Shown: positions 49,980 through 59,938 of the stretch, in pieces
Layout: each line of letters begins with the position of its first letter
Position numbering within the stretch: the first letter of the stretch is position 1
From: Magnetococcales bacterium
GTDB taxonomy: Bacteria; Pseudomonadota; Magnetococcia; Magnetococcales; Magnetaquicoccaceae
Length of the DNA stretch: 64,000 bases
Assembly: GCA_015231915.1 (NCBI GenBank)
Contig: JADGAR010000018.1
Span: 4,457-68,456, forward strand
Direction of reading: 5' to 3'
Program-made: the position numbers and the translations under genes
The notes under the pieces: generated by a model
Database searches by the model: none
The model's input: only the letters and a program-made list of their open reading frames with translations
Told to the model about the DNA's origin: nothing

Positions 49980-52671
49980 GGCGACTCCTCGATTGTTTCT
50001 GATGGATGGCTCCGGTTACCTGTACCGCGCCCATTACGGTGTCAAGAATCTCGCGCGGCGCGACGGGTTTCCCACCAACGCCATTTTCGGCTTCATCAAG
50101 ATGATTCGCAAGGTCATCCATGAACACAAGCCGGAATACATGGCCATGGCCTGGGATCCGGGGGGGGAGTTGTTCCGCCATCGCCTCTATCCGGACTACA
50201 AGGCCAACCGTCACGCCATGCCCGACGAGCTGCGGATGCAGGTGCCGGTGATCCGGCGTCTGGTGGAGTGCTGGAACCTGCCCGCCTTCGAGCAGGCCGG
50301 CTGCGAGGCCGACGACGTGATCGGCACCCTGGCCGTGGCCGCCCGCCGGGAGGGGTTCGAGGTGGTGATCGTCTCCGGGGACAAGGACATGATGCAGCTC
50401 GTTGCTCCCGGGATCACGATCTTCGACCCCGGCAAGGAGGCGTGGCTCGGCCCGGCGGAGGTGGAGGAGCACTGGGGGGTTTTGCCTGCGCGGGTGACCC
50501 AGGTGATGGCCTTGATGGGGGATGCCTCGGACAACGTGCCGGGGGTGCCGAATATCGGCATCAAGACCGCTGCCCAGTTGATCCGGGAGTTCGGGGATCT
50601 GGAGACGCTTTTCACCAATTTGCACAAGGTCCCGCAGCCGATGCGGCGCAGGAACCTGACCGAATCGGCCCATCTGGCCCGGCTCTCCCTGGAATTGGTG
50701 ACCATCCGGTGCGACGTGGAGCTTGCCATCGATTTTGCCGCCTTGCGGGTGCGTCCCCCGGATCAGGAGGCCCTGCGCGCCCTCTATCTGGAAATGGAAT
50801 TCACCTCGCTGGCCAGGGAGTTGGGGCCGCCTGGGGTCGTGGAGGAGAAGCCTGCTCCGGTTCTGGCGTACCGCAACGTGACGGAGGAGGGGGCCTGGTT
50901 GGATTTTTTGCGCCAACTGCGGGGCTGTTCCGCCTTTGCCATCGACACCGAGACCACCGGGACCGATCCTACCCGGGCCGAATTGGTGGGGCTGTCGTTT
51001 TCCTGGCAGGCCGGTCAGGCCTGGTACATTCCGGTGGGTCATGTCCCGGAGAGTTTGCCTGCGGGCCAGTTGGACCGGGAGCGGGTTCTGGCGGATTTGC
51101 GCCCGGTGCTGGAAAATCCCGCCATTGCCAAGATCGGCCAGAATCTCCGATACGAATATGTCCTGCTGCGCCGCTACGGCATCCGGCTGGCCAATCTGGC
51201 GCAGGACAGCATGCTGCAATCCCACCTGTTGCACGGTGGCGCCCGGCGGCACAATCTGGACGCCATTGCCCTGGCCGAACTGGGCCGGGTCACCACCACG
51301 TTCCAGGATGTGACCGGCATTGGCAAAAAACAGGTCACCTTCGACCGGGTGCCCCTGGCGTCCGCCACCCATTATGCCTGCGAGGACGCCGAGATCACCT
51401 GGCTTGCGGCGGCGAAAATGCAGCAACAGTTGGCGGGCATGCCCAAGGTCGAGCGGCTTTACCGGGAGGTGGAGCTGCCATTGATCCCGGTGTTGGGGGA
51501 GATGGAACTGGCCGGTGCCCTGCTCGACCGGGGGGGGTTGGAGCGGATGTCGGCGGATCTCACCGTGCGCCTGGAGCAGTTGACCAAAGAGATTCACGCC
51601 ATGGCCGGGGAGGCGTTCAACATCAACTCCACCCAGCAGTTGGGGGTGATTCTGTTCGAGAAACTGGCCATCAAGGGGGGAAAACGCACCAAGACCGGCT
51701 TTTCCACGGACGTGGATGTGCTGACCCGGCTTGCCGAGCAGGGCCATGAGTTGCCGGCCCGGGTGCTGGAGTATCGCACCCTCGCCAAGCTGCGCTCCAC
51801 CTATGCCGATGCCCTGGTGGAGCGGATGGATCCGCGCACCGGGCGGGTACACACCAGTTTCAACCAGGCCGCGACCCTGACCGGGCGGTTGTCCTCCTCC
51901 GAGCCGAATTTGCAGAACATTCCGGTGCGCCGTCCGGAGGGGCGGGCGATTCGGCAGGCCTTTGTCGCGCCTCCGGGTCACGTGCTGTTGTCTGCCGACT
52001 ACAGTCAGATCGAGTTGCGGCTGTTGGCCCATTTGGGGGAGGTGCCGCGTTTGCGGGCCGCATTTGCCGAGGGGTTGGACATTCACGCCGCCACTGCCAT
52101 CGAGTTGTTCAAAATGGACCCTGCCGCCCCGGACCCGGAGTTGCGGCGCATGGCCAAGACCATCAATTTCGGCCTGGTGTACGGCATGAGTCCCTATGGC
52201 CTGGCCAAGCGTCTGGGGATTGCCGTGGGCGAGGCCTTTTCCTACATGGATCTCTATTTCCGGCGTTACCAGGGGGTGCGGGAGCACATGGACGCCACCA
52301 TTCGTTTCGCCCGCGAGCATGGTTATGTGGAGACCATCGGCGGTCGGCGCTGTTTTGTCGCCGACATCGACCATGTCAACCGCAACCTGCGGGAGCTGGC
52401 CGAGCGCACCGCCATCAACGCCCCCTTGCAAGGATCCGCCGCCGATCTGATCAAGATGGCCATGATCCGTCTGCATCGCGAGTTGCACCGGCGCGGCATG
52501 GCCAGTCGCATGATTCTGCAGGTGCATGACGAGCTGCTGCTGGAGGTCCCGGAAGGGGAGCTGGAGGCGGTGCAACCGGTGGTCCGCGAGGCCATGGAGG
52601 GCGCCATGTCTCTGTCTGTCCCCCTGCAGGTGGATATGGGTATTGGACGCAACTGGGGGGAGGCGCATTGA
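49978..52671 (+). CDS. polA: DNA polymerase I
   Basis: LMDGSGYLYRA, EADDVIGTL, GDASDNVPG; exo AIDTET, YACEDA; TGRLSSSEPNLQNIP, ADYSQIELR, AKTINFGLVYG, QVHDEL. Confidence 0.98.
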   Translation: MATPRLFLMDGSGYLYRAHYGVKNLARRDGFPTNAIFGFIKMIRKVIHEHKPEYMAMAWDPGGELFRHRLYPDYKANRHAMPDELRMQVPVIRRLVECWNLPAFEQAGCEADDVIGTLAVAARREGFEVVIVSGDKDMMQLVAPGITIFDPGKEAWLGPAEVEEHWGVLPARVTQVMALMGDASDNVPGVPNIGIKTAAQLIREFGDLETLFTNLHKVPQPMRRRNLTESAHLARLSLELVTIRCDVELAIDFAALRVRPPDQEALRALYLEMEFTSLARELGPPGVVEEKPAPVLAYRNVTEEGAWLDFLRQLRGCSAFAIDTETTGTDPTRAELVGLSFSWQAGQAWYIPVGHVPESLPAGQLDRERVLADLRPVLENPAIAKIGQNLRYEYVLLRRYGIRLANLAQDSMLQSHLLHGGARRHNLDAIALAELGRVTTTFQDVTGIGKKQVTFDRVPLASATHYACEDAEITWLAAAKMQQQLAGMPKVERLYREVELPLIPVLGEMELAGALLDRGGLERMSADLTVRLEQLTKEIHAMAGEAFNINSTQQLGVILFEKLAIKGGKRTKTGFSTDVDVLTRLAEQGHELPARVLEYRTLAKLRSTYADALVERMDPRTGRVHTSFNQAATLTGRLSSSEPNLQNIPVRRPEGRAIRQAFVAPPGHVLLSADYSQIELRLLAHLGEVPRLRAAFAEGLDIHAATAIELFKMDPAAPDPELRRMAKTINFGLVYGMSPYGLAKRLGIAVGEAFSYMDLYFRRYQGVREHMDATIRFAREHGYVETIGGRRCFVADIDHVNRNLRELAERTAINAPLQGSAADLIKMAMIRLHRELHRRGMASRMILQVHDELLLEVPEGELEAVQPVVREAMEGAMSLSVPLQVDMGIGRNWGEAH

Positions 52672-52764
52672 GTGGCGTGAATGTGGTAGACGGTTGTGCC
52701 GCCATTTTTTCATTATGTCGCCAATCTCAACAAAACAAGATATGATCGACATGATTTTTTATCC

Positions 52765-52793
52765 TTGACAATCGCGGTCAATCCCTATAACTT
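52765..52793 (+). promoter_or_regulatory. Sigma70 promoter candidate with overlapping palindrome for the HD gene
   Basis: TTGACA-N17-TAACTT; TTGAC-N7-GTCAA at 52765-52781. Confidence 0.5.
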
Positions 52794-52860
52794 TCTGCCG
52801 TCGGATGATCGATCTGACGCTTTCATTCCAACAATCAGGCTATTGACAGGAGAGTCAGGT

Positions 52861-54618
52861 ATGTTTATTGATTTTGTTGATGCAGAGGATGACGACTTTA
52901 TTGGGATGATTAAAAGTATCAGGTGTTTGTTCTGGCCAGAGGAAAGATTTAAAAATAAAATTTCAGAATTGGGAACTGTCGATTTTAATGAGATCATTAA
53001 AAAGGTGTCAGAAGAAAAATTATACAATTTTGGCGGCGTGGAAAACGTCATGCCGTTTGTTGAGCATTATTATAAACATTTTTCTATCAGGAAGGATAAT
53101 TATTCCGGCGCCATTGATGATAAAGATTTTTTAATTGCTGAGTCAAAATGCAAAAATTATGGAAATTTCTTGCATTTCAATAATGTTGTCATGATTGTCG
53201 CAAGATTAATACAGTTCTTTCAAAGAAACGCTGCAGGCATCCGCCTTGGTCCGGATATTAATAATGACGTTCTGATCTATCAAAGATCTCCAGCCCACAA
53301 CAAACGCATCTTCTCCTTGATGCTGTCCGCTTTTTATCACGACATTGGAAAAACGATCGTAGATCCAAGGCATGGCATGGAAGGGGCGATTTTGCTTGCC
53401 AGTCATACCACGTCATCCGTTTTCCATTTCAAAAGCATTTTCGAATCCCATCGACTGGAAGCACAAAAAAGGGATGTCTTGCTGATCGCCGATTTTCTCG
53501 CCTTCCACGACCTGTTCGGCACCTTGTCCACCGGTGAACACTGTTTTATGGGCATGATCGATCCGATTCACCGCATCAGCCGTTTCACTACCAATTTTGT
53601 TTCGTTTGCGCCATATCGCGATGATTTCAAAAGGTTCAGAAAAGAGCATCTCGAATGGAACGAAAGATTGATTTTTGACCTTTGGCTGCTCAATCTGGCC
53701 GATATTCTGGCGTCAGCGCAACCAGAAGATGGCCCGGATAATTGGAAGTACAGCGATCAGACAAAAATTTGGGAAAATTATAACTTGTCGGAAGAGCGCA
53801 TCAGGGCATTCCTCTCCAAGCCTCAAGGCGATCTTCTGAAGCATGATTTGCGCACCGCATTGAATCTTGTCAAGACAAATTGCGAGTATTATCACGCAGA
53901 GTTTACCAAAGAATTGGAAGAAAGGGCGAGAAATGAAACTTTACATCATGGAGTGGAGAGAATAAGGCGACTTATTGTGGCATCCTTGACCTTCAGTGAC
54001 AAGGAAACGAAGGACCTGTCGTCTCGGATCAGCAAGATGATTGAAAAGAAGTGCGGACAGGATGCCGATCACAAGTGCAGCAAAGAAAAAATCGAGCGCT
54101 GCCTTGCCGATCTGCTCAAGGGAGTCAAGGGGATCGAGGGCGAACATGGGCAAATGGTGGACAGCATTATCGGCTCCATTGAACATGTGAGCGGTTTGCA
54201 GGAATTCCTGGAAAAGTTTTCATGGGTCGGACAGATGGATTATGCCCTGAACTTCTTCAAGGAAATTGCCAAGCATGCCCTGATGGCCGTCACCATGGAA
54301 CATTGCAAAATCCCCGGGGCAAAACAAACCGGATGGTATCGTCCCCAGAAAGACGATAACATCGACTCGGACTATCTGATCGCGGCCAATGGCGGCTTTT
54401 TCGTGCAAAATTATTCCTCCATCGTGACCACCATCATCTGGATGATCCTCCTGAAAGGCGGGTCCAATCAAAAATACCAAAATATCGAATTCAAGGAGGC
54501 GTCAAGCCGCCTGACAACGGAGAAAAAGGATCGCATCATCGGTCTGGAAGGACCCTATCGGGCCAACGAGGCAATACGTTTCGTTTTGGGAACCGTTTTT
54601 ATCTACTACTCCTACTGA
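52861..54618 (+). CDS. Low-GC hypothetical protein containing an HD domain (585 aa)
   Basis: AGGAG RBS before ATG 52861; LSAFYHDIGK....RHGMEGA, LAFHD, LLNLAD; AT-rich codons. Confidence 0.72.
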   Translation: MFIDFVDAEDDDFIGMIKSIRCLFWPEERFKNKISELGTVDFNEIIKKVSEEKLYNFGGVENVMPFVEHYYKHFSIRKDNYSGAIDDKDFLIAESKCKNYGNFLHFNNVVMIVARLIQFFQRNAAGIRLGPDINNDVLIYQRSPAHNKRIFSLMLSAFYHDIGKTIVDPRHGMEGAILLASHTTSSVFHFKSIFESHRLEAQKRDVLLIADFLAFHDLFGTLSTGEHCFMGMIDPIHRISRFTTNFVSFAPYRDDFKRFRKEHLEWNERLIFDLWLLNLADILASAQPEDGPDNWKYSDQTKIWENYNLSEERIRAFLSKPQGDLLKHDLRTALNLVKTNCEYYHAEFTKELEERARNETLHHGVERIRRLIVASLTFSDKETKDLSSRISKMIEKKCGQDADHKCSKEKIERCLADLLKGVKGIEGEHGQMVDSIIGSIEHVSGLQEFLEKFSWVGQMDYALNFFKEIAKHALMAVTMEHCKIPGAKQTGWYRPQKDDNIDSDYLIAANGGFFVQNYSSIVTTIIWMILLKGGSNQKYQNIEFKEASSRLTTEKKDRIIGLEGPYRANEAIRFVLGTVFIYYSY

Positions 54619-54950
54619 ACCGCAGCAAAACACGCGATCCGGGCGCATCGGCCTGGATCGCGTCACCCCCGATTCGTGAGACAGGCGGTCCGGCCCTGCC
54701 CTGGCGGCAATGACAAATCGTCGCAGCCCAGTGCTGACTAACAATAAATTTGCCATATCGTTCGTCGGGGCTGGCAATGCCCCGACGCATGCATTATACT
54801 GAAATCCGATTGGTGAAGATTGGGTCATGCGGGGACGCAACCCGAACGCTGATCAGGGGCAGAAGCAATCACCGCAAGGCAGATTTTTCTTCAGTGCCTT
54901 CCCCTCTTGCGGAACCAGCACAGAACAACCCTGATTATTGAGGCTTGAAC

Positions 54951-57900
54951 ATGGCTACGCATCCAGTTCAGCAAAAACTATTGCCAGGGCTTTGGCCTGC
55001 CAATATTTGCTGTATTGGCGCCTCAGCCGGGGGCGTGGAGGCGTTGAAAAGCCTGATCGCGGCCATTCCCGTGGATTCCGGGCTGGTCTTTGTGGTGATG
55101 CAACATCTGGATCCGGATCGCAAAAGCCTGATGCTGGAAATCGCTGGCCACTGGACCACCCTGCCCGTTGTGGCCATGCATCAAAAAGAAAAATTATTGC
55201 AAAACCAGGTCTATCTTGTGCCGCCAGGACATCTGGTCACGTTCACCCCGTTGGGGGTGCGGTTGGAACGGCTGGATCCTGCCAGGCGGCACTTTTCCCC
55301 GATCGATGTGATGTTGCGTTCGCTGGCCGCACAACTCGGTGCGCGCAGCATCGGGGTGATTCTGTCGGGATCGGGCCGGGATGGGGCGGCAGGACTCAAG
55401 GCGATTCGCGACAAGGGGGGGGTCGGGGTGGTGCAGGAACCGGACAGCGCCACCTTTGCCGCCATGCCACTGGCGGCACTGGAGAGTGCGGGCGCAGACC
55501 TGGTGCTTCCCCCGGCGGAGATTCCCAAGGCCGTAATGGATCTGCTGGCCAGGACCCCGGAAAGGTCAGAGGCCAACTCCTTGCCGCATCCCCCCACGCC
55601 TAGTCACAATCCGGATGCCTTGCTGCAGACCATCATCGAACTGGCCGGCACCCGCAAGGGGTGTGTCTTGCAAGGTTACAAGAAATCCACCTTGCAGCGC
55701 CGGGTGGAGCGTCGCATGCAGATCAAAAACCTTCCGACAATCACCGATTATCTCCAGTTGCTGCAACAGCAACCCGAAGAGCTGGATGGTTTGATTCAAG
55801 ACATTCTGGTTGGCGTCACCGCATTTTTCCGGGACAGTAACGCCTATCATGTTCTGGAGCAGCAGGTGATTCCCCGGTTGTTTGCCGACAAGAATCCCGC
55901 GCAGCCGGTGAGGGTCTGGGTGGCAGGATGCGCCACCGGGGAGGAAGCCTACTCCATCGCCATGCTTTTGCACGAGTTCCGGGAACAGGCAGAGTTGATG
56001 ACCCATCCCATTCAAATCTTCGCCACCGACCTGGATGATATGGCCCTGGAGGAAGCGCGCGCCGGACGTTACCGGGAGGAGGGGGTGCGGGAGATCGAAC
56101 CGCACCGCCTGGCGCGGTTTTTCACCCGCCAGGAGCCGTTTTTCCGCATCAATCGGGAGGTCCGGGAGTCGGTGGTGTTCGCTTCCCACAACCTGTTGAG
56201 CGACCCGCCCTTTTCCAGGATCGATCTGGTGGTCTGTCGCAATGTGTTCATCTACCTGGAACAGGACGCGCAATCGAACCTGCTTTCGGTGTTTCGCTTT
56301 ATCCTCAACCCGGATGGCTACCTGTTCATGGGCAGTTCGGAATCCCTGGGACAGCAGGAGATGCACTTCGAGGCCGTCTCCAAGACCTGGCGCATCTACC
56401 GTCACCAGGGCAAGACTCCCAACCGCCGGGATATCCCCCTGCTGACCGGCAATCCCTTGCAGCGTCTTTCTGCCATCTCGTCGTTGTCGATGGCTGCGGT
56501 GGCCAGCACGGAGCGGCTGCACCGGTCCATACTGGCCAACCACGGGCCTGCCATGGTGCTGACCTCTCTGGAGGGGGAGTCGATCTATGTCACAGGCAAT
56601 ACACAAAAATTTCTGATGGTTCCCCACGGAGAACCCCAGCATCACATCTACGGCATGATCAAACCCGAGGTGCGCACGCTGTTGCCCGCCGCCATGGACC
56701 GGGCGGTTCACGACAACCAGATGGCCACCGCATGCACCCACCCCGACGAGAGCGGTCTGGCAACACGGGTGACCGTCACGCCCATCCCTTCCCGGCAGGG
56801 GGATCGGTTGTTGTTGATCACCCTGGCCAGCGAGCCTGCAGAGAGCGCCCATGTGCCCCATCTGAGCGGGGAGGGGTTTTTGATCAAGCAGCTTGAATTG
56901 GAGTTGCAGGCCACCCGCGACGATCTGCAACGCACCATCGAACAGTTGCGCAGCTCCAACGAAGAGTTGATGGCCTTCAATGAAGAGACCATCGCCATGA
57001 ACGAAGAGTTGCAATCCGCCAATGAAGAGTTGGAAAGCTCGAAAGAGGAACAGCAATCCCTCAACGAAGAGTTGTCCATTGCCAACACCACCCTGGACGC
57101 CAAGGTGACGGAGTTGGAGGTGATCAATGACGACCTTTCCAACCTGTTCAGCAGCACCGACACGGCCATTCTGTTTCTGGATCGGCAGTTGCGGATCAAG
57201 CGGTTCACCCCGACAGCGACCCGGCTCATGCGCCTGATTCCCGGGGATGTGGGACGACCGATGACCGATATCGCCCACAACCTGACCGGTATCGACCCCC
57301 TGGCGGATGCCGGTCGGGTACTCGCTGAGGCCGTGGCGATGGAGCGGGAGGTGCGGAATCAGGATGGGCATTGGTTCCTGATGCGCACCATGCCCTATCG
57401 CACGGCCCAGCAGCAGATGGACGGTCTGGTCATCACCTTCACCGATGTGACGGTGCTGAAAGAGGCCGAGGCGCGCGACCATGCCACCATGATCTTTTTG
57501 GAGGATCAGGCCAGACTGCTCAGTCGCGCCCATCTGCTGGTTTGCGACCTGGACCACCGCATCGTGTTGTGGAATGCCGGCATGGAAGCGATCTATGGCT
57601 GGCGCGGTGACGAAGCCGTCGGCAGGATCTTTCATGAATTGTTGCAGACCGAATTTCCGCACCCCCTGCCGGAGATCATGGCCGAACTGCGCCGCTGCGG
57701 ACAGTGGCAGGGGGATCTGGTGCATCACACCCGTGATCGGCAGGCGGTCACGATCTTCAGCCACTGGCGTCTCACGCCTGAGGGAGAGTGCCGGATTCCG
57801 GCCATTGTGCAGGTCAACAACGACACCACGGAACTGCGCAGCATGGCCAGTCAGTTGCGCCAGGCCAAAGAGGCAGCCGAGGCGGCCAGTCAGGCCAAAA

Positions 57901-59015
57901 GCAACTTTTTGGCCAACGTCAGCCACGAAATCCGCACCCCGATGAATGTGGTGCTGGGCATGTCGGAGTTGTTGCTGGAGAGCGATCTGCTGGCTGGGCA
58001 ACATCGCCTGGCCAAAATGATATACGATTCGGGCATGACGTTGATGCGGGTGATTAACGACCTGTTGGATTTTTCCCGCATCGAGGCCGGACGGATCGAA
58101 TTGGTTGAGGAACCGTTTTCCCCCGGACGGATGGTGGAGGAGACCATGGCATGGATGCGCCTGGTTGCCGAGGAGAAGGGACTCTGCCTGGAGGAGGAGG
58201 TGACGGCCACCGTTCCGGAAGCTGTCCTGGGTGACGAAGGGCGGTTGCGGCAGATTGTCATCAACCTGTTGAGCAACGCGATCAAGTTCACCCGTCAGGG
58301 CAAGGTCCGGCTGAGCCTGGAGTTGACGGCACCGGACACCCTGTTGTTTGCGGTGGTGGATACCGGCATTGGCATTGCCCCTGAGATGACGGAGCAGATT
58401 TTCGAGCAGTTCACGCAGGCGGATGCGGGGATTGCCCGAAGCTATGGAGGCAGCGGCCTGGGGCTGGCCATCGTCCGCCATCTGGTGAAGTTGATGGGAG
58501 GGCGGATTTGGGTGGAAAGCCGCCTGGGTCAGGGCAGCCGCTTTGCCTTCACGCTCCCCGTGAAGCTGGCGGATGCGGCACGGCTCGAGGGCACGCCTGC
58601 GGTTGCGTTGCCGCCGTCCCTGGTGCGGGGATTGCGGATTTTGCTTGCGGAAGATGTCAAAGAAAATCAGGAACTGTTTGCGGCCTATCTGGCCAACACC
58701 CCGCACCGCGTGGTCATGGCCGGCAACGGCATGGAGGCGGTCGCACGGGTGCGGGAGGGATCATTCGATGTGGTGATCATGGATGTCCAAATGCCTGAAA
58801 TGGACGGCTACACCGCCACCCGTCTGATCCGTCGGTGGGAACAGGAATCCGGTCAGGCGCCGGTGCCCATTGTCGCGCTGTCGGCCCATGCCATGGAGGG
58901 GGAGACCGAACGCAGCCGGGAGGCCGGATGTGATTCCTATGAGAGCAAGCCGATCAACAAAAAGAGACTGCTGGAGATTCTCAATCAAGTGTCGGTTCTG
59001 CGTGAAACGGAGTGA
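54951..59015 (+). CDS. CheB-CheR-PAS-HisKA-HATPase-REC hybrid sensor kinase
   Basis: CheB GASAGG/QHL/GRDG triad; CheR YKKSTLQRR, GVTAFFRD, AGCATGEEAYS, CRNVFIY; NEELQSANEELESSKEE coil; SHEIRTPMN; MDVQMP. Confidence 0.93.
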   Translation: MATHPVQQKLLPGLWPANICCIGASAGGVEALKSLIAAIPVDSGLVFVVMQHLDPDRKSLMLEIAGHWTTLPVVAMHQKEKLLQNQVYLVPPGHLVTFTPLGVRLERLDPARRHFSPIDVMLRSLAAQLGARSIGVILSGSGRDGAAGLKAIRDKGGVGVVQEPDSATFAAMPLAALESAGADLVLPPAEIPKAVMDLLARTPERSEANSLPHPPTPSHNPDALLQTIIELAGTRKGCVLQGYKKSTLQRRVERRMQIKNLPTITDYLQLLQQQPEELDGLIQDILVGVTAFFRDSNAYHVLEQQVIPRLFADKNPAQPVRVWVAGCATGEEAYSIAMLLHEFREQAELMTHPIQIFATDLDDMALEEARAGRYREEGVREIEPHRLARFFTRQEPFFRINREVRESVVFASHNLLSDPPFSRIDLVVCRNVFIYLEQDAQSNLLSVFRFILNPDGYLFMGSSESLGQQEMHFEAVSKTWRIYRHQGKTPNRRDIPLLTGNPLQRLSAISSLSMAAVASTERLHRSILANHGPAMVLTSLEGESIYVTGNTQKFLMVPHGEPQHHIYGMIKPEVRTLLPAAMDRAVHDNQMATACTHPDESGLATRVTVTPIPSRQGDRLLLITLASEPAESAHVPHLSGEGFLIKQLELELQATRDDLQRTIEQLRSSNEELMAFNEETIAMNEELQSANEELESSKEEQQSLNEELSIANTTLDAKVTELEVINDDLSNLFSSTDTAILFLDRQLRIKRFTPTATRLMRLIPGDVGRPMTDIAHNLTGIDPLADAGRVLAEAVAMEREVRNQDGHWFLMRTMPYRTAQQQMDGLVITFTDVTVLKEAEARDHATMIFLEDQARLLSRAHLLVCDLDHRIVLWNAGMEAIYGWRGDEAVGRIFHELLQTEFPHPLPEIMAELRRCGQWQGDLVHHTRDRQAVTIFSHWRLTPEGECRIPAIVQVNNDTTELRSMASQLRQAKEAAEAASQAKSNFLANVSHEIRTPMNVVLGMSELLLESDLLAGQHRLAKMIYDSGMTLMRVINDLLDFSRIEAGRIELVEEPFSPGRMVEETMAWMRLVAEEKGLCLEEEVTATVPEAVLGDEGRLRQIVINLLSNAIKFTRQGKVRLSLELTAPDTLLFAVVDTGIGIAPEMTEQIFEQFTQADAGIARSYGGSGLGLAIVRHLVKLMGGRIWVESRLGQGSRFAFTLPVKLADAARLEGTPAVALPPSLVRGLRILLAEDVKENQELFAAYLANTPHRVVMAGNGMEAVARVREGSFDVVIMDVQMPEMDGYTATRLIRRWEQESGQAPVPIVALSAHAMEGETERSREAGCDSYESKPINKKRLLEILNQVSVLRETE

Positions 59016-59159
59016 TGCCCGTTCACGCATCGAGTCGGTTGATGATTTCTGGTTGCCTTCGGTCTCTGCTTCATGGTCGAATGGGTCAAGGCGCGGTGAC
59101 ATTTTCGCTGGTCGATGGCGCGTCACGCGGATTCTTGCCAATCCGAGGAGAGCAAAATC

Positions 59160-59576
59160 ATGCGGGAAGATATTCGTTGGCAGCAACGTTTCGATAACTT
59201 CAATCGGGCTTTCGTCCTGCTGCGGGAGGTCCAGGAAAGGGGTATCGATTCCCTCTCTCGGCTGGAGCAGGAAGGAGCGATCCAGCGTTTTGAATTCGCA
59301 TATGAATTGGCATGGAAAACCCTCAAGGACTATCTGGAGGCACAGGGCGTGGCCATCCGGGAAGCGGCCCCACGCACGGTGATCAAGGAGGCGTTTTCCG
59401 TCGGCATTCTGGAGGATGCGCAGGTATGGATGGAGATCCTGCAACAGCGGAACCTTCTTTCCCACACCTATGATTTCAAGACATTTGAACAGGCATTGCA
59501 AAAGCTCTCCGAGCGCTATTTCCTGGCGTTCGAGCGGCTGCACACGTTTTTTTTGCATAAATCGCTGGAGCCATGA
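59160..59576 (+). CDS. HEPN (HI0074-type nucleotidyltransferase substrate-binding) protein
   Basis: GAIQRFEFAYELAWKTLKDYL...PR.VIKEAF...W...RNLLSHTY (R-X4-H); GAGGAG RBS. Confidence 0.92.
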   Translation: MREDIRWQQRFDNFNRAFVLLREVQERGIDSLSRLEQEGAIQRFEFAYELAWKTLKDYLEAQGVAIREAAPRTVIKEAFSVGILEDAQVWMEILQQRNLLSHTYDFKTFEQALQKLSERYFLAFERLHTFFLHKSLEP

Positions 59577-59938
59577 GCGACATCGGTTTGAGTGAGCGGG
59601 AGATGGCGTTGTTGCATGCGGTGTTTCGCCAGGTCCCGGAGATCCGGGAGGTGATCGTGTTCGGTTCCCGCGCCAAGGGCAATCACCGGCCCCAATCGGA
59701 TGTGGATTTGGCCCTGGTGGGTGTGGACGATCCATGGAAGGCCGAAGCCGTGGCGGATGCGCTGGACCAGTTGCCCATGCCGTACAAGTTCGATGTCAAA
59801 GCCTGCGATGGCATCCGCCATCCGCCGCTATTGGAGCATATCCATCGGCTGGGGGTGGTCATCTATCGGCGGGGGGAGTGCGGCCAGGAAGGCCGCCTCT
59901 TGACGCAATGCAGCCAAGGCTGTATTGGAATGCCATGA
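59573..59938 (+). CDS. Minimal nucleotidyltransferase (MNT)
   Basis: VIVFGSRAKG....SDVDLAL; PYKFDV; HI...G..IY; ATGA overlap with the HEPN gene. Confidence 0.92.
   Translation: MSDIGLSEREMALLHAVFRQVPEIREVIVFGSRAKGNHRPQSDVDLALVGVDDPWKAEAVADALDQLPMPYKFDVKACDGIRHPPLLEHIHRLGVVIYRRGECGQEGRLLTQCSQGCIGMP

Noticed and set aside
54800-54860. c-di-GMP-I riboswitch suggested by GGGACGCAA
   Set aside because: The upstream GCAAA-stem-GAAA tetraloop and downstream receptor stem are not evident; an Rfam scan would settle it
1069-58706. Many long alternate-frame or antisense ORFs (e.g. 1069-2826 -, 3804-6020 +, 12228-14861 +, 30458-34162 -, 49954-52752 -, 55566-58706 -)
   Set aside because: They shadow well-supported genes, lack motifs and are expected from high GC3 codon bias
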